Positions 1-13,600 of a DNA stretch of 64,000 nt are shown here, piece by piece. Positions within the stretch are counted from its first letter, which is position 1. The number at the start of each line of letters is the position of its first letter. A model generated the notes under the pieces. That model was not told the origin of the DNA, searched no databases, and saw only the letters and a program-made list of their open reading frames with translations. The translations under genes and the position numbers were made by a program. The DNA comes from Neocallimastix sp. 'constans'. Its lineage: Eukaryota. The DNA lies in assembly GCA_050613775.1 (NCBI GenBank), contig JBODTK010000143.1, forward strand, positions 186,001-250,000. Reading direction: 5' to 3'.

Positions 1-1057
1 CTAAAACATATCTTAAGGCTCGTACATTTCCAATGTTTGTACTATCATAAGACAACATATGAATATTAGCTTTTTTAGCAACGCCATAAATAGCTCCTCC
101 AGCTACAGATGAGGCCATAATACCGTGTCCTGGATAATTATTCTTCTTATAACTACATGACTTTTTTTCTTCTCCTGATAACTCATCAATACCTTTTTCT
201 CTACAAATGGCATCACAACTTATGGTTCGATTGTAAGGGGTTCCCTCATACGTATCAAAATCTTCATGATCAACCATTAAACCAACATCAATAATGAAAA
301 TATCAATACCTTTTCCTGCACTACTTGGATAATAATATGCATTATCAAAAGTACTATTTTTATAATAGTATGGGGATTGAGATATCGAAGATAAATGATT
401 AGGAGAAAATTTAACCTTTTGAACATTGACATCTGACCATCCCGTTTCTTTTTTAATAGCCTCAACATTATAATATTCAGAATTTTTTTTCTTATCGGTA
501 CTCATTTCTACACTTTCATCGGTTTGAAAGTCATCATTAATTTCCAAGGCCTTACTTTTTTCACAGTATAATACATTATCCATATTACAAACAATTTTTG
601 AAGTTTCTTCAGAAAGATAAGCACTAATACTGTAATAATTTAAAATAGGAGCAACATGGTTTACCAATTCTGATTCGAAAGGAATATATTCTAAAGTTGA
701 ATTATCTGCATTACTTAAGGAACGTTTATGTAAACTTTTATTAGCAAATAAAAATTTTTTTCTTTGATTATTACGTTTTTCTAAAGGAAGAGAATCCAGT
801 TCCTCTAATTTACTATCTAATTCCCCATTTTCCAAAATATAAGAATCTCTTTTTTCTTCAATGACATTGTAAATATCATTCATTCTTTCATTAACTAATT
901 TATCAATTTTATTTTGAACTCTTTGACTTTCATCATCATAATTTTTATCTGTTTTTTTTCTTAAAATTGCAATCAAATAATAAGAATTTTCAGAATGAAC
1001 CAAAGCAAAGAAGTTTAATGAAAAAAGAATTGCCAAAAATAAAAAACAATTATTCAT
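1..1057 (-). CDS. Secreted S8 subtilisin-like protease, 5' part (runs off the left edge); paralog of 13601-16105
   Basis: ATG at 1057 (MNNCFLFLAILF). Colinear with 15049-16105 at a constant offset of 15048. Contains catalytic Asp (IDIFIIDVG) and His (YPGHGIMASS) motifs. Absent from the ORF track because its stop lies outside the window. Confidence 0.9.
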   Translation of the reverse strand, partial: MNNCFLFLAILFSLNFFALVHSENSYYLIAILRKKTDKNYDDESQRVQNKIDKLVNERMNDIYNVIEEKRDSYILENGELDSKLEELDSLPLEKRNNQRKKFLFANKSLHKRSLSNADNSTLEYIPFESELVNHVAPILNYYSISAYLSEETSKIVCNMDNVLYCEKSKALEINDDFQTDESVEMSTDKKKNSEYYNVEAIKKETGWSDVNVQKVKFSPNHLSSISQSPYYYKNSTFDNAYYYPSSAGKGIDIFIIDVGLMVDHEDFDTYEGTPYNRTISCDAICREKGIDELSGEEKKSCSYKKNNYPGHGIMASSVAGGAIYGVAKKANIHMLSYDSTNIGNVRALRYVL

Positions 1058-1669
1058 TTTTATAATATATTTTATATTAAATTATTAAAATAATCCTTTA
1101 TTATTATTATTATTATTTAATTATTTAATTAATAATAATATCTAATTATTAATATTATTTTATTATTTATTAATTTTTTACTTTTTTTTTTTTATTTTTA
1201 TTAATTACTTCCTTTTACTTTTATTTTTATTTATTTATTTCTTTTTATTTTTTATTTTTTTTTTGCAAGGAAAAAAAAAAAAAAAAGAAAAGTTTATATT
1301 TATATTATGTAAATAAAAAAAAAAAATTTTTTTTTTTTTTAATAAATCTAAAACAAAGGAATATGAAATAATTAATTTATAAAAAAAAAAATAAAAATAA
1401 AATAAAATTAAATATTAAAATAATATTAAAAATATTAAAAATATAAAAAAAAATATTAAATAAAATTAATTTTATTAAAAAAAAATAAAAAAAAAAAATA
1501 AAAAAATAATAAAAACAAAAAAAAAACAAAAAAACAAAAAAACAATAAAGTTAGAAATTATTTTGTAAATCCATAAATCTTAAAAATTAATTTTTATTAC
1601 ACAGAAAAAAAAAATTTTTTTTTCATGAATAATTATTATTACGTTACACCAAAAGTTATATATAATATA

Positions 1670-1870
1670 AATATAAATGGAATATACGTGAAATATAAGT
1701 GGAATATATATAAAATATAAATGGTATATAAGTGGAGTATAAGTGGAATTTAAATAGTATATATGGATTATATATATAAATATAAATGGAATATAAAAGG
1801 AGTATATGAATTATATAAATATAGATGAATGGAATATATGGATGGAAAATGTACTATATATGTGGAATAT
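1670..1870. repeat. Degenerate ~12-bp minisatellite (TATAAGTGGAA-like)
   Basis: Repeated ataaatggaat / ataagtggaat / ataagtggagt units. Confidence 0.55.
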
Positions 1871-2361
1871 ATACAAACTCTAAAAATATTGATTATAAAC
1901 AGATCAAATATTGGTATAAATACAAATATTCAAACTTTAATTAATATAAAATAGTTTTTATTATTCAAACATAAATTAATGTAATAAATCAAATTTAAAT
2001 ATTATGATTTTAAAATATTCTTAATATGTGACTTGAATTCTAAATAAAAGTAATTATAGTTATAATTAATAATAAAATTTATAGCATAAATCAATGCATT
2101 ATACTTTTTTAATTTTATTTCTATCTTTATATAGTCAATAAATATTTCCTTATAAATAATAATTTTTAATATTTATAATAAATAAACAACTAATTAAATA
2201 GTTAATTAAAAATAAATAACATAAAAATAAAACATTTCTCTTGAATTAAGAGAAAGTATGTGAGAAAGATGTTAGATAGGTTTAAATGTATAATCAAGTA
2301 TTTTTTATTTTATATTTTTTTTTATTTGTATTAATTCATTATGTAGTTATAATAATAATAT

Positions 2362-2426
<65 letters not shown>

Positions 2427-3814
2427 ACTTTAATAAATTTAAATAAATTAATTCTCCAACCGTAACTTGGGTTAAAACCAATAGAATAAAAATAGAAATA
2501 AAAATTTTTATGTAGAATTTAATTTAACATCTTGAAACTTTAAATATATAAAATTATTTTTTTTATTATTGTTACACAATAAATTAATTAAACAAAAAAA
2601 AAAAAAGAAAAAAAAATAAATTAAAAAATAAAAATTAAAATTTAAAAATTATAAAATTAAAATTAATTATGGATGATTATCCTTTTTGGGGTGACATTAA
2701 AATAATTATTTATTGATTTATTAAGTAAAACTTTATATTTTATTATTCTTATTATTTATTTTTTAGTATTTCTAGTAAAAAGAAATTATAATATAAAAAA
2801 TTTTAAGAAAATAATAGTAATAATATATCAAAATTATAAATAAATAAAAAACTCATTATAAATTATAAATATATATAAAAAGTGTTAAGTTTGAAAAAAT
2901 GCATCTTAAATAAAAATATATAAATATACCACTGATATAAAAATAAATATTAAAATTTGTATATTTTAATTCCTAAAATAAATTTATGTAAAAATGTATA
3001 GATTTATTTTGTCACGTTTCATTTTATGATTAAAATTTATTTTATATAATACTAAATGATATTTCCACGTGATAAAATATATATTTATTTATTAATAAAT
3101 AAGATTAATATTTATAGTTCCTTTTTTATTCATTTATTTATATTTAAATAAATAATTAAAAACTTAATAAATATAAAAAAAAATAAATAAATCAATAAAA
3201 ATTATATTTTTTATTTATTTAAAATTAAAATTAAATTAAAAAAAAACTATATAAAATATAAAAAAAAATAAATTAAAATTAAATTAAACTATAAAATAAA
3301 TAAAAAAGAATATTCGTTATTTCGTTCATCAGTTGTTGTATATAAAAAAAATTAGAAAAAATAAAAAAATTTTTTTTTTTTGTTTAAATTTCATATTGTT
3401 ATTATTAAATGGTCTTTATTAATACATATAATAAAAATAAATATTAAAAAAGGCAAAGAATAAATATAGAGAAAAAGTATTCTTTATATAATAATAAAAA
3501 TATATAAAAATATATGAAATATGTAATAAAATAAAACTGATAAAAATAAAATAAAATTTTATAAATTCATAAATTATTTACGTATTTACATAACATAAAA
3601 TTTATGATGTAATTTTATGTTTACATTAATTTTATGTGCATGTATAGAATATATAATTCTACATAAATCTATTTTATTTCACGTTACATTAAATTACTAT
3701 AAATCACATTTTGTTACATTAAAGATTAATCAATTTATTTTTAAGCAATGATTAACAAAATAATTTATTACACGATAAGTTTTTATTTTCATTTTATATT
3801 ATAATAAAAATTTT

Positions 3815-4440
3815 ATCATCAGTTAAACTGTATTTGGAAATATTAATCATACAAACAATAGTATGAATAGCTGGAATAATACAAACAGTCTAACGAATGG
3901 CTTCTTGAGCAGAAGTCTTTTGCTTGTAAAGATTATTCTATTAAGTAGTTGTTAGAAGTATTTTAGTAATATTTTTTTAATAATGAAGGAAACAATGAAG
4001 AAGAAGGAAACAACAGCAAATGGTAGGTTTAGGAGAGAATTCACTCCAGAAATTAATAACCTTGACAGAATATGTTTGACTTTCTTCCATAACAACATGT
4101 TCCTTACTTTGAGTGAAACAGAAGACAAGAATGATGAAACTGATGGCAAAGTAAATAGATAAAGTAGTGAACCAAGCCATTGGATCCTTTGGTAAAGTAC
4201 TTTTTCCAACTGGTAATGAAATATATCTGGAATCTTGAATAATCCAACCTGAAATAGCACTACCTTAAGCAAAACTAACCTTGAAAAATAAACCAGTAAT
4301 AGCATTAATAATAGTTGAAATTCTACGACCGGTCTTCCATTTACTATATGAAATAATTTCTGGAACAAGGATCCATTGGTAACAAATAGCAACGTAAATA
4401 CAGATTTAATTAAATTACCAATATGGTATTCACCAAAAAT
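3815..4440 (-). pseudogene. GPH-family (MelB/XynT-like) MFS sugar:cation symporter pseudogene
   Basis: Translates across stops and frameshifts to WILVPEIISYSKWKTGRRISTIINAITGLFFK, PKDPMAWFTTLSIY..IILVFCFTQSKEHVV and AQEAIR*TVCIIPAI..ISKYSLTDD. These motifs are typical of GPH transporters. Confidence 0.75.
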
Positions 4441-4844
4441 TGAGATGGTTTTTAATTTTTAAATTTTAAATCTTTAAATTTTTAATAGAATAGTTTAAAT
4501 TTTTATTAATTTCAAAAAATAAATAAAATAAAATAAAATAAAATAAAAATAAAAAATAATAAAAATAAAAATAAAAATATTATTATAACTAAACATAAAA
4601 GAATTAATAAAATAGAAGCATTTAGGTATATAATGATAATATAATTAAAGAAGAAGAAAAAAATTAAAATAAATAATAATACTAATAATAATAATAAATA
4701 ATAAATAATAATAATAAATATTAAAAATTTCTTTTTAAAATATAATGAAACAAAGAAGAAATTTATTTTAGATATTTATATAAAATGTTTAAATAAATAG
4801 GTATTATTTATAAATGATTTTTAATAACTTTACATAATTTTTTA

Positions 4845-4879
<35 letters not shown>

Positions 4880-6100
4880 TAAAGAAAGAAAGAAAGAAAA
4901 GAAAGAAAAAAAAATTAATAAATAATATGAAAAAAAAAAAGTACTAAATTATGATATTAATTCATCTAAATACTTTTTACGAAATGATTAAAATGAAATT
5001 CTCCGCAGTTTTTTAGCATATAAAAAATTTTAGTAACATAAATAATAATGAATAATATAAAAAAAAAAAAAACTAAATTAATAAATAATAATTTATAATC
5101 ATTAGTCTTAAATATAATATAGAATAACTTATATAATATTTAATAATACATAAATTATATTATAATATTTACCCTATGTGGTATTTATTATATTTAAAAA
5201 TTTTTATTTTAAAACATTATTAATTAAAATTTTATCCTAATTAATATTCAGATCTTTCTATTATAAAAAAAAAAAAAAGATTTACTCTAAGTTAACTTTA
5301 TTTTTAAATAATTTTAAAATATTTGTCTTACAATTCCTTATAATCCTAAAAAAAAGAAAAAAAAAAGAACTTTATTGCCTATCAAATAAAAAATAAAAAA
5401 TAAAAAATGAGGATTTGAAGCATAAATCTTAATTATTAATGAATGGAATGAATTAAATTAATTAATAATCATATGAAAATAAATGTACAAATCTTTAAAA
5501 AATTATGTAAATTATTAATAATAAAATAGTGTAATACAATGAAACGTGACACGAACACGAGATATTAAAAAAAATATAATTAAATAAATCATTAATTAAA
5601 TATTAATAACATAAAAATTACTCATGATCATTAATCTATGTAAATACAAAATTTATTTCTTTATGATTAATGATTTTTTTTATATATTTATTATTTTTTA
5701 TATTTATTTTTGTATTATGTAAATGGATAAATAAAAATAGATCTTAATAAAAAAAAATTATATATTTATTAATAGGAAGATTTGTAATTTTAAATAAATT
5801 TCTAATTCATTAAAAAAAAAAAAAAAAAAAAAAAAATAAAAAAAAGATGTATATATATAAATAATATTATTTATTGATAGGAGAATTATTATTTTCAATA
5901 TAATAATTTACAAAAAAAATAAAAAAAGTAAAAAATATATGTAAATTATTTTTATACATAGATTTATGTTTATATTTAAAAATTAACATTTTTTTCATTA
6001 TATAGTATTATTATTATTATAATTATATATTATTATTATTATTATTAGTGTTGTTACTGTTATTGGAATGATCTTTTTGTTTTATTTATTTTAATACAAT

Positions 6101-8318
<2,218 letters not shown>

Positions 8319-9250
8319 ACACGGATAACCAATTTTTTGAATATAACAATCATCATCAATAGATTCAGGTGTAGATGTAGAAGTGGAAACTGCAGTGGTA
8401 GTAGACTTAAATTTAATAATGATTTCTCATTCAGGTTATTTTTTTTTTTACTGGATCACAAACATCACCATTAATGTCACATACTCCGTTTATAGGACAA
8501 ACACTTTTTTTTTCACTTTTTTTCCTTTCTTCCATATTTAATTCCCATAAAAATTCTATTGGTTTATTATTTGAATAATAAAATTTAGTTCTTTAAAAGA
8601 AAATTATTTTGCTTCTTACTTCACCAGGAGTTTCATATTTTTGTTAGTATAATTTTTATCATTGTTTTCTAGAATACAAATATAATCTTTATAGTATATA
8701 TTTTCTTTAGTACTGAATTTATCATATTTATTATAAATTTCATCATTTAAAATACAAATATGTTTATTAATTTTTTTTTCTTTTTCATTTTTATCTTTAG
8801 TATTAACATTAATATTAATATCTTCTTTCTTTAAATGAATAATAACTGTTATTTTTTATTTATGTTTTCCCAAAAAATTCAATGCAATATTTGATTAATT
8901 TTTCAAAATAAAGATATGTATATGATTTATATATAATCTCTTTGATGATCACCATCAATTGTACCATTTTGTTCTAAATCTGCCGAAAGGTCCATGAGTA
9001 ATATATAACTTTTTAGTTTTATCATTTAATCCTAATCTTAGATCTAAATATCTAACCATACACTCTAATTATTCTTCAATATTTAAATCCTGAGTTTGTA
9101 TACTTAAATCTTTAAAAATTGAAGGAAGATATAATATTAATATTGAGTATTCAGGATAATTTTAATCGTTTTCCTTTTCCTATATCATATATTACAATAT
9201 CATAACTACCTGGAAATATCAATTTCATCCCAATCGGTATCATGATGATA
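8319..9250 (-). pseudogene. PI-PLC X-domain protein with Thr/Ser linker and the start of a dockerin, pseudogene
   Basis: Fragments FPGSYD, TQDLNIEE*LECMVRYLDLRLG..LYITHG, YLYFEKLIKYCIEF, TVIIHLKKE and PGEVRSKIIF, followed by STTTAVSTSTSTPESIDDDCYIQKIGYPC. Many stops and frameshifts. Confidence 0.7.
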
Positions 9251-9960
9251 AATTAAATATACATTAATATTAATTAATAATGTTATGATAAAAGTTACAA
9301 ATGTAATGTAAATATTACTTCTCATCATTGATAATTATATGTAATAATATTTATTTAATATTATTATTTTTTTAATAATTAAAAATAAAAAAACAATTTA
9401 AAAATTTATTTTATTATTAATTATAAGAAAAAAGATATTACTATCATTATAATTTGTTAAAGTTATTAAATAATATTTAAATATTATCTAGTATAATAAA
9501 CGTTATTAGGTTCATGTTTAATATCTAGTTTTTAATATATATATATAATTATAATAATAAACTTTAAAACAAATATTTAAATATAAATACTATATAATTT
9601 TATTTATTTAATTCTTTGGAGTTGTAATTAGTTTTAATCAACAATAAATAAAGTAAATTTTAAACTACAAATATATTATTATTTTAAAAGAACAATTTAA
9701 ATATTTTTAAATTCTTATATCAATTTAATAAAATCTGTTATAAAATTCCTTATTTTTATTGACTCAATTCATTATAATAAGTATATAAATAATATAATTC
9801 TTATTTTACGGCGGATTAAAAATATAATACTTATTTCACTTAATAATAAATTTATTTATACTATGTAATATACTAATTATAATTTTAATATTGTTAAATT
9901 ATTTAAAATGATATTTGCAAAATATTATATATAAATATAAATATATGATTAATGATTAAC

Positions 9961-10790
9961 AATGTCTGCTAAAAAAATTTTTTTTTTTTTGATTTATATT
10001 ATTAATGTTAAGAATATATATTCTTATGAATTAAATATAACAGATCAATATGAATATGAATTAGATTAAAAAAGAATTAATATAAAAGAATATTTTTTCT
10101 ATGATAATATTACAGATTATATTTATAATTATAAACATATATTAATATAACGAATCTCAAATTAAAAATAAAAGTAAAGTATTAGAAATTGAAGATGGAT
10201 ATAGTTTGGGATTGAACTTTTTCTGTAAAAATGATATTTGTACAAAAATAGATCTTTAATATACGAAATTGTTTGTTAAAATTCCATATAAAAATAAAAA
10301 TATAAAAAGATATATTATGGAATCTTACAATTATGATAGAATAATATCAGATAAAATTCCTAATTATACGTGAGATTATGTTTATAGATATACAAAAGAA
10401 GAAGAGAATAAAAATTTTGACACTAGTAGATATTATGCTATTATTTCTTTTATATGTACTTCTGATACACAATGTTTGACTAATAAATGCATTGACGGTT
10501 ATTGTATGTTTAATATAGAAAATTCAACTGAATTCTGTATTTATATTTATATCATTCAATTTTTGTATCATTTATACATACATTGTGGTAATGTAGTAGG
10601 TGAAATATGTAAAACTAATAAGGAATGTGCATCTGTGAAATGTTTAAGAAATGGTTACTGTTATGCTCCACCTAATAGACCTTCGGATAGTGATGGGATT
10701 TATGATATATTTGAATTTTTTGTTTATTTTTGTACCTTGTACTCTAATTTTTATATATATTAACTTTAGATGTATTATTACCCCAATAAA
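9961..10790 (+). pseudogene. Cys-rich secreted or single-pass membrane protein of a gut-fungal expanded family, disrupted
   Basis: FFCKNDICT*, CTSDTQCLTNKCIDGYCMFN, HCGNVVGEICKTNKECASVKC..GYCYAPPNRPSDSDG, then a hydrophobic stretch. In-frame stops upstream. Confidence 0.6.
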
Positions 10791-10899
10791 GGAAAATAAA
10801 GATAGTCATAAAATAAAATAAAATAAACATATATAAATTAATAATTTTATTATTAAAAATAAAATTATATATCTAGTTTAAAAAATTATTAATTATTAT

Positions 10900-11640
10900 C
10901 AAATTTAATGATGATGACTACATCCTTCATCAGAAAAAGGTACATGTATGAATTACATGATAGATACAATTTTAACAAAAGTGTGTACCTACGTAAAATG
11001 TGAATTCAGAAGAAAGATATGAGTCAAGGAATAAGCATTTGTATAGAAAACGATTTACAAGAAGCGTCATAGGAAATCACCTCTATCTTGCAGTTTGTAT
11101 AGAAGACTAGGCATAATGTTCTTTGTATCCAACCAGTTAAAATAACTATCCAACATTAGAAGATTAGTTTAATGTAAATAGAAAAAATTATTATATCTTA
11201 AAGCCACTCAGAATTATGGAATAAAATTCACAAAAGAAAGTCTTTAAAGACTTTAAAAAATTTTCACTGATGTCGATGACTCAGGTGATAAACGAACTCG
11301 AAAGTCGATTTTTGGTTTATATCCTTTTTTTTTTTATAGCCCCAATTATTACGAAGTTTAAAGGCCTATACCATGATATCATGATAATAGGTAATTCACC
11401 AACCTTCCTGATTCTCAAAACTCCAACAAGTTGTGGCAACTTCCACTGCAGAAACTGAGGGCTTTTGCATAAGCGACTCTACAAAGCATAGTCGTTTGGA
11501 CATAAACATTCTTAATGAATTAAAAATATCAAGATGGATCATGTAACAATCCAGGAGGATTACAACGTAGCAGCTATATACAATTTATCAGAACGAATCC
11601 ATGAATGCGAAATCAAAAAATATATAGATATAAAATTCCA
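10900..11640 (+). mobile_element. Degenerate Ty1/Copia RT-RNase H fragment
   Basis: IGNHLYLAVC, YLKATQNYGIKF, FTDVDDSGDKRTRKS and SKLQQVVATSTAETE, read across frameshifts. Confidence 0.8.
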
Positions 11641-12011
11641 CCATATGATAAAACCAAGTTAATAAAAACATAATAAACTTAAAATACATAAAAAAAAATA
11701 CTTTAAAATAAAATACATAAAAATAAAATACATGAAAATATCTATTACAGATAAATTTAGATAATTTATATTAAAAGTATTTTAAGAATAAGAAAGGAAA
11801 GAGCTTACTAAGGAATATCTAAATGAAAATAAATCATAATTATAAGAAGTAAGATTTGAGAGAAACTATCAAATAATAATAATAATAATTAATATAAATA
11901 ATAATTGTATTCCACCAATAGAATTTATTCTTATTTACTATAAATTAAATTATATAAAATTCAAAAATCTTCAAATTATTAATATAACATAAAAATGTGT
12001 GATATAAAAAT

Positions 12012-12707
12012 TGATATGCTGGACTTTTATGTGCTACTAATTTTTAATAGTATCGTTATATTTAATTAATCTTTATTAATATATTTTAATTTAAAAACCC
12101 AATTAACCAAGGGTCTTCTCTAAACTACAATCAAGAAGAGTAGTTATTAGGAATCTTTATAATAATTTAATTATTAATAATAATAAATATACATTTAAAA
12201 TATATTATATCGGAGTATAGTATAATATATAATAAATATATATTAAAATAATAAATATAATAAAAATAACTATATAATTCTTAAAATGAAAATAAGAATA
12301 ATAAAGTTAAATATATAAGAATATAATTATATAATAAATATGAATATAATAAATAATATCAACTATATATATTTAATTATAATTAAAATAACTAAAACTA
12401 TTTCATTATATTATATATTATAATATATAGAAGTATTATGTATTTTTAATATAAATTTTAAAATAAATATGAATAGTTAAGTTATATATATAATAATATT
12501 CTTATTATATATATTTAGATGAAATTAACTATTTAATATATTTAATATATTTCATATTATAATGAATAATATATATATAAATATTGAATAATATATGAAT
12601 TAGAAATTATTTCAAATATTATTATTGACAAAAGAGATATAAATTTAATATTTAATAATTATTATTAAATATACAAATATGTTGCTACACATATTTGTTT
12701 TATATCA
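12012..12707. mobile_element. Solo-LTR-like or non-autonomous element, copy 1
   Basis: Termini TGATAT...ATATCA. Flanks AAAT/AAGT look like a degenerate 4-bp TSD. Homologous to 32873-33488 and 21091-21592. Confidence 0.7.
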
Positions 12708-12753
12708 AAGTATGTCATAACCCAATTATTATTATCATTGTGTTTTAGGGCTT

Positions 12754-12789
<36 letters not shown>

Positions 12790-12900
12790 TTTTTTATTTA
12801 TTTATTTATTTATTTATTTCAATAAATTTATTAATATTTTCTATTTTTAAGGTTTATAAATAATATATATTAGTATTATAATACTTTTTTAATTTAAATA

Positions 12901-12935
<35 letters not shown>

Positions 12936-13101
12936 ATTTTAAGAATATTTTATATTCTTTTTTTTCTTTTTTTTTTTTTGTTTTAAGAATAATTTGTATT
13001 ATTCTTGTTTTTATTTCTGTTTTTGTTTTTGTTTTAAAAATAATTTTTTTTTATATTTTTGTTTTAAGAATAATTTATATTCTTTTTTTTTATTTTTTTT
13101 T

Positions 13102-13133
<32 letters not shown>

Positions 13134-13314
13134 TTTTTTATTTTATTTAGTCTTTTAGAATAATCTATATTCTTTTTTTTTTTTTTTTTTAATGTATATT
13201 TATACATTAAAACTATTGATAATTTAATAATATTTTTAATATTATAAATATAAAATTTATTAATTATTATATTAATATTAAAAAACTTTTTTTTTAAACT
13301 GAATATATTTTTAA

Positions 13315-13359
<45 letters not shown>

Positions 13360-13389
13360 GAATTTAATTGTATTTATTTTATCTTATTT

Positions 13390-13429
<40 letters not shown>

Positions 13430-13600
13430 AATTATTTTAAAATTTTTAATTTATATCGAATAATTTTTTTTTCGTTATCATGGTATTATTTATTTAGACA
13501 TTGCCTAAAATTTTTTTTTCTTTTATATAAATATAGTGTGATAGAAGATAATCATAATTTTTTTTAAAAAAAATATATTTATATATATATATTTATTTAT

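Noticed and set aside
3952..4392. 146-aa ORF as a real gene
   Set aside because: Mostly the wrong frame of the GPH pseudogene.
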